From Pirellulales bacterium (lineage in GTDB: Bacteria; Planctomycetota; Planctomycetia; Pirellulales; UBA1268), in assembly GCA_029246985.1 (NCBI GenBank), contig JAQWMC010000033.1, forward strand, positions 4,794-68,793: a stretch of DNA of 64,000 nt. The letters are read 5' to 3'. The stretch's first letter is position 1; each line of letters starts with the position of its first letter. Shown here one piece after another: positions 39,144-48,775 of this stretch. Made by a program: the position numbers and the translations under genes. Under the pieces are notes generated by a model that saw only the letters and a list, made by a program, of their open reading frames with translations, did no database searches and was not told where the DNA came from.

Positions 39144-40100
39144 GTGGAGATGAAAAGAAGTTTATGGCCAGTTGTATTGAGCGTTTTCGCTTATGGCTGG
39201 CTCGTTATAGTCGCTCCCACTGGCCTACGTGCTGCCAGCCCTGACAAAACTGAGTCAACTCTACACCAACTGCTTATCGAATCCGATCGAGTTCTTATCC
39301 TTGGAGACTCCATCACATTCAGTGGTCGCTGGGTTTCGTATCTCACATGCTGGATGGAAACAGCAGGTACTTCTGCCCGAGTGATCAATATGGCACTCCC
39401 AAGTGAAACCGTTTCCGGACTCTCAGAAACCGGGCACGCTGGTGGAAAATTTCTGCGTCCAGATTTGCACGAACGCCTGGATCGGGTACTACGGGTCAGT
39501 CGCCCCGATGTCGTGCTAGCCTGTTATGGCATGAACTGCGGTATCTACCAGCCTTTTGAGGCTGAACGATTTAGCAAGTTTCAAGAAGGCAGTATTCGCC
39601 TTCATGAAAAAGTAGAGGGTATTGGGGCAAAGATCATCCATCTCACCCCACCTGTCTACGATCAACGCCCAGACAAGCGCGGCCCGGCGGGTTCAACCAA
39701 CTATGAAGATGTTCTTAAACAATACTCCGAATGGTTGCTTTCAAAGCGACAAAACGGCTGGATGGTTATAGATGTTCACGGCCCGATGAAAGACTTACTG
39801 GAACTAAATCGTGTTTCGAATCCTTCATTTGTTTTTGCTCCAGACACAGTACACCCTGGACATGAAGGGCACTGGGCAATTTGCCGAGCCGTTCTGGATG
39901 ACGTGGGTGTCCCTAGAACGTGGAGTACGAAAAACACTGAACCGCTCTTGCCACGTGTCACACAAAGGCTCGAGATACTTCGCAACGCGTATATTTCAGC
40001 CGCCGGCCACAGTCGGCCTGGCGTTGCTCAGGGACTTCCAATTGATGAAGCAATTACCGAAGCCAACCGACTCACGGCACTGATTCGCTTGGATAAGTAA
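39144..40100 (+). CDS. secreted SGNH/GDSL-family hydrolase
   Basis: 318 aa with a signal peptide. Block I is ..VLILGDSITFSG.. and block V is ..DTVHPGHEGH... The gene begins 13 nt after the propeller gene. Confidence 0.75.
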   Translation: MEMKRSLWPVVLSVFAYGWLVIVAPTGLRAASPDKTESTLHQLLIESDRVLILGDSITFSGRWVSYLTCWMETAGTSARVINMALPSETVSGLSETGHAGGKFLRPDLHERLDRVLRVSRPDVVLACYGMNCGIYQPFEAERFSKFQEGSIRLHEKVEGIGAKIIHLTPPVYDQRPDKRGPAGSTNYEDVLKQYSEWLLSKRQNGWMVIDVHGPMKDLLELNRVSNPSFVFAPDTVHPGHEGHWAICRAVLDDVGVPRTWSTKNTEPLLPRVTQRLEILRNAYISAAGHSRPGVAQGLPIDEAITEANRLTALIRLDK

Positions 40101-40139
40101 GCGACCTTACTGTTGACCAAACGATGCAAAATCATGCAT

Positions 40140-42053
40140 CTACAGGCGACTTCCAAACTGACTTGGTGCTTCCAGTCCTGCTACTGATTCGTTATTTCCC
40201 GTTGATTTCTCATCTTTTTCTCGCCACCCAATCGCCATCCATCCGTCTTTGCGGGCTTCGAGTTGTTCCATCGGCAATGGGCCAGCAGCCGCAAGTTGAT
40301 CAGGGAGTTCAAGCGACTCAATATCAACAACCTCTTTGAAAACTTTTCCGAAACGTTTTTGAAGAATTCTGCGTAATGAGGTCTCAGAAACGCTCAGCTT
40401 TTTATCACCACCCGGAACAAACCCCGGAGGATAAATCTGGACATCGCCATCTCGAACAAGGCGAATGCTGTCAGCTCCCGCATCAATTTTATATGCAACC
40501 CAGATATCCATTGCTGGGAACGATCGATCGCCTGATGTATACCGACTACCGCGAATTGTAAGCCTGAAACTTCCATCGTTTGAATTAATTTCCACAGGCC
40601 TTTTTTTTGCAAACGTGATAGACCATGGTGGCTGATCAGGATCACTCGTCAATGATTCCGGCAATTCACCATCCCGTTCTTTTAATTGCTCTTCGACAAA
40701 TTCTTGGGTGATTGTTCGGCCTGCAAGCGTAATCTCACTAGCATTGTTAACGAGTGTCTCATGCACGCGAACTGAAAGAATTGCATCGTCATCTACTTTG
40801 GGAGGATCCGTGAATGCTGCAATTTGATCACGAAGTGCTTTTCGACCAACCACAGTCAGCTTTTCATTTGTCGTGCTCATCCGAAGTAATTCCGGATACC
40901 AACCACGAGCCTTTAAGGGTCGACGGAACTTATGCTCGTAATCTTGTGAAGCCTGACCAATTGCCTCTGCCGTCTCAACCTCAAATTCCCGACGGACCCT
41001 TTCCTGAGCCCGTTTTTCACTAATTGCTTCAATTTTTGGTTTCATCTGAGACACCTTCTTTGACGCAATACGACGAATAAAGTTCTTTCCGAATCGGCTT
41101 TTGACACCGATTCCTGTCATGCGTGTTTTTGTCGAGGCAGACGCAATAGTCGGATCGGCCCACACACGCTCATCGTCGATATAAATTCGCTTCTGGGCCG
41201 ATAATTCAGTCACTCCTTCGGAGCAAACCGTAACCGGCCCCTTCGTACTCCGGGTATTCGCCAGATTTGTCGCCTGAAACGACAACTGTGTCACCGCTCG
41301 CTGCGAAGAAGGAAGGAAATCAAGGAGTACCGTTCCACTTGTGTGACCGGTTCCACGAACTGGTGTTCCAAGCACGACTTCATTGACAGGAGACGTGCGA
41401 TCCACGACACGATTGACAGCTGATGACAGAAGACTTTCGTTCACACTCATATAAAGATTTGGACGGTCAACTGCACTCCGTATCTTGGTGACAAGACCAG
41501 ACGCCTGTCGAGACTCCACTAACCGAGCGAGGAGAGGGCCGACGCCGTCAAGGGACTTCGGTGTTTTGTCCTTCGCTGCTTTCCTGACCAAGTCGCCAAG
41601 TTTCTGAATTCTTTTTGTGTACGTTTCAGCAGCTTGATCATTGGTCGCCGCTACAGCAACTTCAATAGCTGCAGCAAGTGCTCGACGCACTGTGACAAAT
41701 TGATACATCTCCAGCCCATTTTCATTCGCATTGAATCGGCGATAAAGCTTAAGCAAAATGCTCACGTCGAGGTTCTGTCCTGCGGCTGCTTGGGCCTCAA
41801 GCGATGACCAATCAAGATAGGCCCGCCAATCAACACCACTTTTGCTTTCAGCTAACAGTTCATTTAATGGTTTAAGTGCCTTACGAAGATGAGCGGATGC
41901 TTCGACAAGAGCATCTTCATCCGGTTTTTGAAATGGTGGCACTTCGCCAAGTGGCTGTTTACGAAAGTCAGCGATATCTGCTCCTTTGCAGAACCCAAGA
42001 ATGCTGACACAGGAAAAGAGGACAACAAAAAGTACGGCAACGTGACGGAGCAT
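40140..42053 (-). CDS. large secreted hypothetical protein
   Basis: 637 aa with a signal-like N-terminus (VAVLFVVLFSCVSILGFC). I recognise no catalytic motif. Confidence 0.55.
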   Translation of the reverse strand: MLRHVAVLFVVLFSCVSILGFCKGADIADFRKQPLGEVPPFQKPDEDALVEASAHLRKALKPLNELLAESKSGVDWRAYLDWSSLEAQAAAGQNLDVSILLKLYRRFNANENGLEMYQFVTVRRALAAAIEVAVAATNDQAAETYTKRIQKLGDLVRKAAKDKTPKSLDGVGPLLARLVESRQASGLVTKIRSAVDRPNLYMSVNESLLSSAVNRVVDRTSPVNEVVLGTPVRGTGHTSGTVLLDFLPSSQRAVTQLSFQATNLANTRSTKGPVTVCSEGVTELSAQKRIYIDDERVWADPTIASASTKTRMTGIGVKSRFGKNFIRRIASKKVSQMKPKIEAISEKRAQERVRREFEVETAEAIGQASQDYEHKFRRPLKARGWYPELLRMSTTNEKLTVVGRKALRDQIAAFTDPPKVDDDAILSVRVHETLVNNASEITLAGRTITQEFVEEQLKERDGELPESLTSDPDQPPWSITFAKKRPVEINSNDGSFRLTIRGSRYTSGDRSFPAMDIWVAYKIDAGADSIRLVRDGDVQIYPPGFVPGGDKKLSVSETSLRRILQKRFGKVFKEVVDIESLELPDQLAAAGPLPMEQLEARKDGWMAIGWREKDEKSTGNNESVAGLEAPSQFGSRL

Positions 42054-42333
42054 TGCATTGACCTGACTACAAAGGTGCGGAAACAGAAACGATTACGCGA
42101 AGTCTAACGATTTTAGTGGCTGTAACTCCACAGCAGCCTCGATTAATCAATCCGCGGCCCTGAGGCCGGATTCTTCCTCGTTAGGTCAAAATCGTCAAGT
42201 TTCACGCTATTTTCTTGATTTTAAGGGTACGGCTGTTGCCGGATTCTCAGCGGGGAGATTCAATAATATCTCAAGCAGAGACGTGAATTTTATTCATCTG
42301 CACGACTTCTTCACCTATCGACCACAACGCGCT

Positions 42334-43224
42334 ATGCCAAGACACGTTCATTCTCGTCCGCTCCTCACCACCATGATACTTCTTGTATGTGTGGTAAACG
42401 GGAAGTGTTTTGCAGATAAAAACCAAAGCAATCCTTTATATTTCTCGCGGCGTCAAAAGATCATTGATGTATCGAACTACACCGATGCCACACGAATTGC
42501 CGCAAAGAACTCGGCGCTGCTTTTAATATCAATTCGTGCTGAAAATACAACTGCTGGGGACGATGAAGCGACTCAACAACTCCAGAAGCCCTCCGTCAGA
42601 AAGCTTTTTACAGAGTCGGGTACTCCATGGGTATTTTGCCAACTTGATTTCGATGAACGTTCGAACCTGCTGATTTCGTCAACTTCTCTGGAAGAAATTC
42701 GTGGAGGGCCCGGCATAATTGTTATTGATTACGCCCACGAACGACTGAAAGGGCACGTGGTTTCAGTCTTACCGAGACGGGCTGGAAAGTACTATCAATT
42801 TAGCCGACACGACCTCTCTTTGATTGCACGATTACCCACCGGCTCATTAACACAACGATCGATGATTTTTGCAGTGCGACGACATGCCGATGCTCCAAAA
42901 AGTACTGATGGGAGTTGCGATAGAGTGCTATGTGAAGCGGCGGCTGCACATTCCGCTCATCAGGCACAACTGCAAAAACAAGGTCATCATGGATGGGGGC
43001 AGCGATCACAACGACTTAGCCAACATCGTGGACCAGCAACTGAGGTCTGTGCGGAAAGCTGGCCGGACCAAGACTTACTTGATTCCTGCATCGACTGCGT
43101 TTCTTGCTGGCGGCAATCACCAGGCCATTGGCGGGCAGTCTCAACCGAGCACTCCGCATTTGGCTATGACATACAACGAGGCAAAAATAGCATCTGGTAT
43201 GCGACAGGCATCTTCATTCACTAA
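42334..43224 (+). CDS. secreted hypothetical protein with a C-terminal CAP/SCP (YkwD-like) pattern
   Basis: I prefer the ATG at 42334 (MPRHVHSRPLLTTMILLVCVV..); the track ORF begins at GTG 42283. The C-terminus ..CWRQSPGHWRAV....FGYDIQRGKNSIWYATGIF resembles bacterial CAP-domain ends. Confidence 0.45.
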   Translation: MPRHVHSRPLLTTMILLVCVVNGKCFADKNQSNPLYFSRRQKIIDVSNYTDATRIAAKNSALLLISIRAENTTAGDDEATQQLQKPSVRKLFTESGTPWVFCQLDFDERSNLLISSTSLEEIRGGPGIIVIDYAHERLKGHVVSVLPRRAGKYYQFSRHDLSLIARLPTGSLTQRSMIFAVRRHADAPKSTDGSCDRVLCEAAAAHSAHQAQLQKQGHHGWGQRSQRLSQHRGPATEVCAESWPDQDLLDSCIDCVSCWRQSPGHWRAVSTEHSAFGYDIQRGKNSIWYATGIFIH

Positions 43225-43519
43225 TTTGGGAAACAGGAAGAATAAACAGTTTTCCGTCACCTATTCTTCCTGTTCGTGCAACCTGACTCACCTTATCAAC
43301 GAAGTGATCAATCTGAGAGTCTTCGACCCAGCACTGAATTTCAACCTTTGGAAGAAAGGCGAGTGATCGATCCTGTTCAGTCGTCGCGTCGAGATAACTT
43401 TTCTGACGCCCGTACCCTTTCACCTCATGCACAGCGAGAGCGTCTACTTCCAGTTCGGCTACAGTTTCAAGAACACGCTCTGCCAGAAATGGCTTCACAA
43501 TGACAACAACCTGTTTCAT
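43214..43519 (-). CDS. P-II (GlnB-like) family signal-transduction protein, stand-alone
   Basis: 101 aa. MKQVVVIVKPF....VHEVKGYGRQK.. matches the P-II N-terminus and T-loop base. The C-terminal ..RTGRIGDGKLFILPV.. matches the P-II B-loop/C-terminus. Confidence 0.7.
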   Translation of the reverse strand: MKQVVVIVKPFLAERVLETVAELEVDALAVHEVKGYGRQKSYLDATTEQDRSLAFLPKVEIQCWVEDSQIDHFVDKVSQVARTGRIGDGKLFILPVSQISE

Positions 43520-43651
43520 GGGAGCACCATCTATTAAGAATAGGCGTAAGGAATCGCTATGCCATTTGTAACCGAAATCGAATCGAATAGAAAAAATCGA
43601 TTTCTTTTCCTGAAATATCTCCTGCTCAACGACCAGCTTATTCTTGAGGAT

Positions 43652-43906
43652 TTAACCCCATAATTCTTGCAGGAGTGTCGCTAGTTGCTGCGCATCATCA
43701 GAGGCAACAACTCGATCAATTCTTGATTTGGGAACCTCAAGTTTCTCAAGGGATTTTTCAATGGATGCCCACAGTTTTGTTCGTTTTTTACCCTCAGCAA
43801 GATAAAGGTCTGTGACCTGCTCGCCAAGTCGCTGCACAAGTGCTGTATCGAGGTTCTCATAATAGTTTTTGACGACTTGACGCTGATATCGTGATAATTC
43901 GGCCAT
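43652..43906 (-). CDS. small hypothetical protein
   Basis: 84-aa ORF with helical-looking composition and no recognised motif. Confidence 0.45.
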   Translation of the reverse strand: MAELSRYQRQVVKNYYENLDTALVQRLGEQVTDLYLAEGKKRTKLWASIEKSLEKLEVPKSRIDRVVASDDAQQLATLLQELWG

Positions 43907-44004
43907 TCACCCATTCCTCCGGGATTAGTTTAGCCGCGCTGGAAGCAAACGGCCCAGATGACTACAGTATCGGGAAACCAAGGCCTTCCTATCGAGAGAA
44001 TCCT

Positions 44005-44352
44005 ATGCCAACAATTACCTTTGCTACAGAGAAAAAAGAAATTCAAGTTCCTGAAGGTGCCAACCTTCGCAAGGAGGCACTCGCTGCGGGAGTCTCACTG
44101 TACCCCGGGGTTCACAAAGTCCTCAATTGCCACGGCATGGCATCTTGTGGAAGTTGTCGAGTGCTCATCACCAAAGGAATGGAGAATACAAGCCCAAGAG
44201 GACTCCTCGAGAAAGCACGCATGGGTGTTTCTATGGCCTACATCGGGAACGAAGAGACCATGCGACTTGCGTGTCAAACACGAGTCAATGGCGATATAAC
44301 TGTTACGACCTGTCCGCAAACAAACCTTTATGGCGAGAACTTCTTTAGTTGA
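44005..44352 (+). CDS. 2Fe-2S ferredoxin-like protein
   Basis: ATG at 44005 (MPTITFATEKKEIQV..). The cluster-ligand pattern is ..NCHGMASCGSCRV...LACQT.. Confidence 0.7.
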   Translation: MPTITFATEKKEIQVPEGANLRKEALAAGVSLYPGVHKVLNCHGMASCGSCRVLITKGMENTSPRGLLEKARMGVSMAYIGNEETMRLACQTRVNGDITVTTCPQTNLYGENFFS

Positions 44353-44462
44353 AATAATATTCCAGAATGGCGTGATTGACTTGCAACACGACCAACGGTT
44401 GCAGTGATCACCGGATAAGTTCATTCTGTACACAAATTCATTCGTTGCATTGAGGAAATTTC

Positions 44463-45377
44463 ATGCCATCCGCCCCATCCGCAGTACAAGACTCTCCCTC
44501 GCTAGACAGCCTTCGGTGGAAAAAATTCCCTGTTCTTGATGACGGATTTGTGACGGTGGTTGATGTCATGGGAAACGATGCGTCGGTCGTACAAGCTGCG
44601 AGAGTGAGTTACGGTGAAGGCACGAGGAAAGTCAGTGACGACCGGCAACTGATCCGTTATCTTTTGAGACATGCCCACACAACACCCTTTGAGATGGCCG
44701 AGGTGAAATTTCTTGTACGGGTACCAATGGATTGCTGGCGACAGTGGGTTCGGCACCGGACAGCAAATATCAACGAATACTCAACTCGATACTCCCTCGC
44801 AATCGATTCAATGCAATCAACGGGAAACGATGGCTGGAGAAGCCAGGCATCAACGAACCGACAGGGGTCGGACGGATTCCTCACGAACAATGACGGGCAT
44901 CCTCTGACTCAATCTGAACAAGAATTACAAAGCCTTGCTCGGCGGGTTTACGAGGAAAGACTGCAAGCTGGCATAGCCCGTGAGCAAGCACGTAAAGATT
45001 TACCACTTTCAACGTATACAGAAGCGTACTGGAAAATTGATCTGCATAATCTGCTGCATTTCCTAGCGTTGCGAATGGATAGTCACGCACAACTTGAAAT
45101 TCGACGGTATGCCGAAACTATTGGAAACGAAATCATTGCAAAACTTTTCCCTCTTTGTTGGGAAGCATTTCTGGACTATCGAGTTGACGCGATGCGACTC
45201 ACTCGTCTTGACCGTGGCGTTATTCAGCGTTTGGCATCCGGTGCTACGGCATTGCCGGCTTCTCGTGAAGATTTTAAAGCAGCTCAAGATGAATCATGGG
45301 TCTCTTTGGAGCGATGTCGGGAGCGGGATGAGTGCTTTGCGAAACTCGCGTCACTCGGACTCGTGACGGAATCGTGA
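44463..45377 (+). CDS. thyX: FAD-dependent thymidylate synthase
   Basis: 304 aa with a ThyX motif variant (RHRTANINEYSTRYS) and conserved flanks (..HTTPFEMAEVKF.., ..YTEAYWKIDLHNLLHFL.LR..). Confidence 0.85.
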   Translation: MPSAPSAVQDSPSLDSLRWKKFPVLDDGFVTVVDVMGNDASVVQAARVSYGEGTRKVSDDRQLIRYLLRHAHTTPFEMAEVKFLVRVPMDCWRQWVRHRTANINEYSTRYSLAIDSMQSTGNDGWRSQASTNRQGSDGFLTNNDGHPLTQSEQELQSLARRVYEERLQAGIAREQARKDLPLSTYTEAYWKIDLHNLLHFLALRMDSHAQLEIRRYAETIGNEIIAKLFPLCWEAFLDYRVDAMRLTRLDRGVIQRLASGATALPASREDFKAAQDESWVSLERCRERDECFAKLASLGLVTES

Positions 45378-46625
45378 TACAAGGGGAATGACTTCTACCA
45401 CGTCTCCTTCCTGATAATCTCCACCGTTTTTCGGTATCACGAGAAGCCCATTTGCGTGAGAAAGCCCGAGCAAGTCGGCAGAGCCACCCCACTGCAACGC
45501 TTCAACAAAGAGACTGCCATCAGATAATTCGAGACGACAGGGATGATATACAGGCCGGTCACCACTACCTTTCACCGAACCGACCAATCTCGCCGTGAGA
45601 TGAGGGCCACTCTTCATATCGATCGATCGGCCTGTTACAAGACCTAATGCTGGTCGAACAAATAGTTCAAAACAAATCAGGGCGCTTACAGGATTCCCAG
45701 GAAGACCAAAGACAAGTGTTGATGATGCCGCCAGTCGTTGGAAAACCCCAAACCAGATTGGCTTTCCAGGCTTCAGACAAACTTTATGAAAAATGCATTC
45801 GACGCCCATCTTTTCAAGCGTTCTCGGCACAATGTCGTAATCTCCAGCAGAGACGCCGCCCGAAAGAAGAAGGATATCAGCCGCAAGCCCTTGAGCTATT
45901 AATGCCCTTAGTGACTCTCCATGATCTCTGGCTATACCCATTGGGATTGGCTCTGCACCGCAACGTGCCACTGCAGCGGAAAGCATAGGTTCATTCGTAT
46001 TACGAATTTGTCCTTTTCCCGGAATTTGACATTCGGAAATAAGTTCATTTCCAGTTGTAATAATTGACACACGAGGAGGTGCATTCACTGTTACATGAGA
46101 GGCACCTACCTCAGCAGCAAGTCCGATATGAACTGGCTCTAACTCAACACTACTGTTGATAACCGTCTGCCCAGCCTGAAAAAAACTTGCCTTTTTGCTT
46201 ACGTGCTGGCCAAACCGAAAGTGAGGATCATGTAAAGAAACGCGCTCGCCGACGTGACCTTCCGAACTTCCTGTAACAACTCGCTCAATTGGAATAACAG
46301 CGTCTGCCCCTGAGGGCATTGGAGCGCCTGTCATGATTCGAACGCACTGCCCCTCCTTGAGAATAATTGCCGTTGTTTCACCGGCACCAATTTCAGCAAC
46401 AACATCAAGGGGCACAACTGCCTTATCATCTTCGGCGAGAACAAAGTCATTAGAAATGACTGCAAATCCATCCATCATCGAGCGGTGCCACGGTGGTGAA
46501 TCCGTATCTGAAATCACATCTTCCCGTAATTGCAGCCCAACAGCGTTTTCGATACGAACACGACGTGGCTGACTAACAACCGCTGCCTTTTCTATTCGTC
46601 GCAGCGCTTCTACGACATCAATCAT
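45351..46625 (-). CDS. moeA: molybdopterin molybdotransferase
   Basis: 424 aa. MoeA patterns: ..MDGFAV.., ..RIMTGAPMP.GADAV.., ..TGNEL...G.......I...N.., ..SGGVS.GD.D.., ..V..KPGKP..FG.., ..GLPGNPVS. Confidence 0.85.
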   Translation of the reverse strand: MIDVVEALRRIEKAAVVSQPRRVRIENAVGLQLREDVISDTDSPPWHRSMMDGFAVISNDFVLAEDDKAVVPLDVVAEIGAGETTAIILKEGQCVRIMTGAPMPSGADAVIPIERVVTGSSEGHVGERVSLHDPHFRFGQHVSKKASFFQAGQTVINSSVELEPVHIGLAAEVGASHVTVNAPPRVSIITTGNELISECQIPGKGQIRNTNEPMLSAAVARCGAEPIPMGIARDHGESLRALIAQGLAADILLLSGGVSAGDYDIVPRTLEKMGVECIFHKVCLKPGKPIWFGVFQRLAASSTLVFGLPGNPVSALICFELFVRPALGLVTGRSIDMKSGPHLTARLVGSVKGSGDRPVYHPCRLELSDGSLFVEALQWGGSADLLGLSHANGLLVIPKNGGDYQEGDVVEVIPLVSRFRHESE

Positions 46626-47230
46626 GAGACTAAACCACTGTTTGTAGTCCCAAGGAAAGACCGCAGCATTTCATGCCCATTCACTGTAAGAAAACTTTCT
46701 GGATGAAATTGCACACCGTAGACAGGCATTTCACGGTGACGAATAGCCATGATTTCTCTACTGCCATCGGGTGCAAAAGCCCAGGCATCGACCTCAAAAA
46801 CATCTGGCACTGATGCTGGATCAATCACCAAGCTGTGGTAACGAGTGGCTTCTATTGGTGAAGAGAGCCCCGCAAACAAGCCCCTGCCGGCATGCTCGAT
46901 CTGATCAACCTTGCCATGCATCAGTTGCTTTGCTGCGACAATCTTTCCACCAAAAACCTGTCCCACTGCCTGATGGCCGAGGCAGACCCCCAGAATTGGC
47001 ATGCGACCGGCAAAACGGCGGACAACATCACAGGAAATACCCGCTTTGTCTGGAGTGCATGGACCAGGTGAAATGAGCAGGTGGCTGGGCTGCTTTGCAG
47101 CAATTGCGTCACCATCGATGGAATCATTCCGATAGACCTCAACGTTTAAGCGTGGCTCTATTTCTCCAAGTCTTTGAACGAGATTCCATGTAAACGAATC
47201 ATAGTTATCAATGAGAAGCAACATAGACAA
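46622..47230 (-). CDS. trpG: anthranilate / aminodeoxychorismate synthase component II (glutamine amidotransferase)
   Basis: 202 aa. Motifs: LLIDNYDSFTWNLVQ.., ..ISPGPCTP.., ..GVCLGHQ.., ..GVQFHPES... The stop overlaps the moeA start (ATGA). Confidence 0.85.
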   Translation of the reverse strand: MSMLLLIDNYDSFTWNLVQRLGEIEPRLNVEVYRNDSIDGDAIAAKQPSHLLISPGPCTPDKAGISCDVVRRFAGRMPILGVCLGHQAVGQVFGGKIVAAKQLMHGKVDQIEHAGRGLFAGLSSPIEATRYHSLVIDPASVPDVFEVDAWAFAPDGSREIMAIRHREMPVYGVQFHPESFLTVNGHEMLRSFLGTTNSGLVS

Positions 47231-47261
47231 AATGAAATCTATTTATTTGATAGATCCAGCA

Positions 47262-47549
47262 TTACTCCAAAAGCGTCACTGGATGACCAACACGCTCAAC
47301 GAGTGGGATCACTTGGGGCTTATAAATTGTTGTATACGCTTCAGCCTGACGATGGGCATCAAGAGCCTCTTGGGAAGACCAATGCTCAACCATAGTAAAT
47401 CGTTTCGCCTCTGATTGCGAGTGATAGACATCAAATCGCTCACAACCTGACTCATTCCTACTCTTTCTCATCGCCTGACAGAGCAAGTCACGCACGGCTT
47501 CAATATCGCGTTCTTCTTTTACCGTCAGAATAATATTCATACAAATCAT
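47262..47549 (-). CDS. ABM (antibiotic biosynthesis monooxygenase-like) domain protein
   Basis: 95 aa with the single ferredoxin-like ABM pattern (..F.VY.S......F..VE.W.SQEALDAH..). Confidence 0.7.
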   Translation of the reverse strand: MICMNIILTVKEERDIEAVRDLLCQAMRKSRNESGCERFDVYHSQSEAKRFTMVEHWSSQEALDAHRQAEAYTTIYKPQVIPLVERVGHPVTLLE

Positions 47550-47579
47550 TTGATTGCATCCTTACAGCAGTACAAGTCT

Positions 47580-48446
47580 TTACTGTACCACGACAGGTTG
47601 CAAAGTTGCTCCCTGCCCAATTTTCCGGGCAAGGATACGAATATACGGTGGCAGAAAAGCTGCTCGATGAGCAAATGAGCCGCGAGCGGCTTCTCGATCA
47701 CCCTCACTTGGCTCAAAAAAATCTTCGATACAAAAGCCCGCATGGCATATCCCACCAACAATATCTGTTAGGGAATGGATGAATTCATCTGTCCCAACTT
47801 CCCTCAAACGAGAAGGTGGTGCCGGTGGAAGTGCTTTTGAGTCATCCACCGAACGAACCTCTGGATAAACAAGTTCATACCGACCATTGGAATTTGGTTG
47901 CAACGAAGATTGTAAATTTCTTGGAGACTTGTGCTGACTCATGTAGGATCCACCTGGCCGACAAATACGAAAAATTTCAACAAAAAGTTTGGCCAGAGAA
48001 GGCAGATAGCAACTGCTCACAGGGTGAATAACAAGGTCGAAACGACCGTCTTTCAACATTCTAAGATCATCCATGGAACTCTGTATCAGCTCAAGATGAA
48101 GTTTCCGTTCTCTGGCAACCTGTCGATCAAGGTCAAGCATTGACGCTGACAGGTCGACAACCGTCACTCTCGCACCGGCTGCTGCATAGAGTGGTCCATG
48201 CTTCCCTCCACCTGCGGCAAGACAAAGAACTTCCAGCCCGTTTAGGCTCGAAGGAAGCCACGGGCGATCAGCAGGACCACCTGTGCCAAGCCAGTTCCTT
48301 GGATCTACAAATGCCTCGTCACATGCAGGACTTGCCAAAGCGTCGTGCGCTTTGGCAAGTCGATCCCATGCTGCAGTATTTTTACACAGTGTCGCTTTCG
48401 AAACGGAAGAATCGGAACTATTTTCCATAACGAAAATTTTAGTCAC
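47580..48446 (-). CDS. class I SAM-dependent methyltransferase
   Basis: 288 aa with motif I (..VLCLAAGGGKHG..) and post-I (..VTVVDLS..). The GTG start overlaps the upstream stop (GTGACTAA). An alternative ATG lies at 48428. Confidence 0.75.
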   Translation of the reverse strand: MTKIFVMENSSDSSVSKATLCKNTAAWDRLAKAHDALASPACDEAFVDPRNWLGTGGPADRPWLPSSLNGLEVLCLAAGGGKHGPLYAAAGARVTVVDLSASMLDLDRQVARERKLHLELIQSSMDDLRMLKDGRFDLVIHPVSSCYLPSLAKLFVEIFRICRPGGSYMSQHKSPRNLQSSLQPNSNGRYELVYPEVRSVDDSKALPPAPPSRLREVGTDEFIHSLTDIVGGICHAGFCIEDFFEPSEGDREAARGSFAHRAAFLPPYIRILARKIGQGATLQPVVVQ

Positions 48447-48750
48447 GTGGGACTGATGAAAGCAGCCCCATTTGTCTCATTTCCGCAAGTGGTGGCCCTG
48501 GCCGCCACTTTTTTCGACGAGCGTCGTAGACTGCTGGAACAAGTGTCTGACGACCAGTTTCAGGATGCACACAACATTCTCCAGCGAGAGGAAGCTCAAA
48601 GACTTTGCCACTTTCTCGACAAACGTAGTGAATGACAATCACATCATCGTTCTCAACAGCGGGGGGTCTCTTTGCAAATACGGACGGGTAGAGAAGCCAT
48701 GAGGCAAGAACCAGACCGAATATCGCACCCCAGAGACGCATATCTTTCAT
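48439..48750 (-). CDS. small signal-anchored hypothetical protein
   Basis: I prefer the ATG at 48750 (MKDMRLWGAIFGLVLASWLL..), which is preceded by AGGAG with a 7-nt spacer. The longer track ORF would overlap the DUF1559 gene. Confidence 0.5.
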   Translation of the reverse strand: MKDMRLWGAIFGLVLASWLLYPSVFAKRPPAVENDDVIVIHYVCRESGKVFELPLAGECCVHPETGRQTLVPAVYDARRKKWRPGPPLAEMRQMGLLSSVPRD

Positions 48751-48775
48751 AAAGAATCTCCTACGAGTGAACAGT

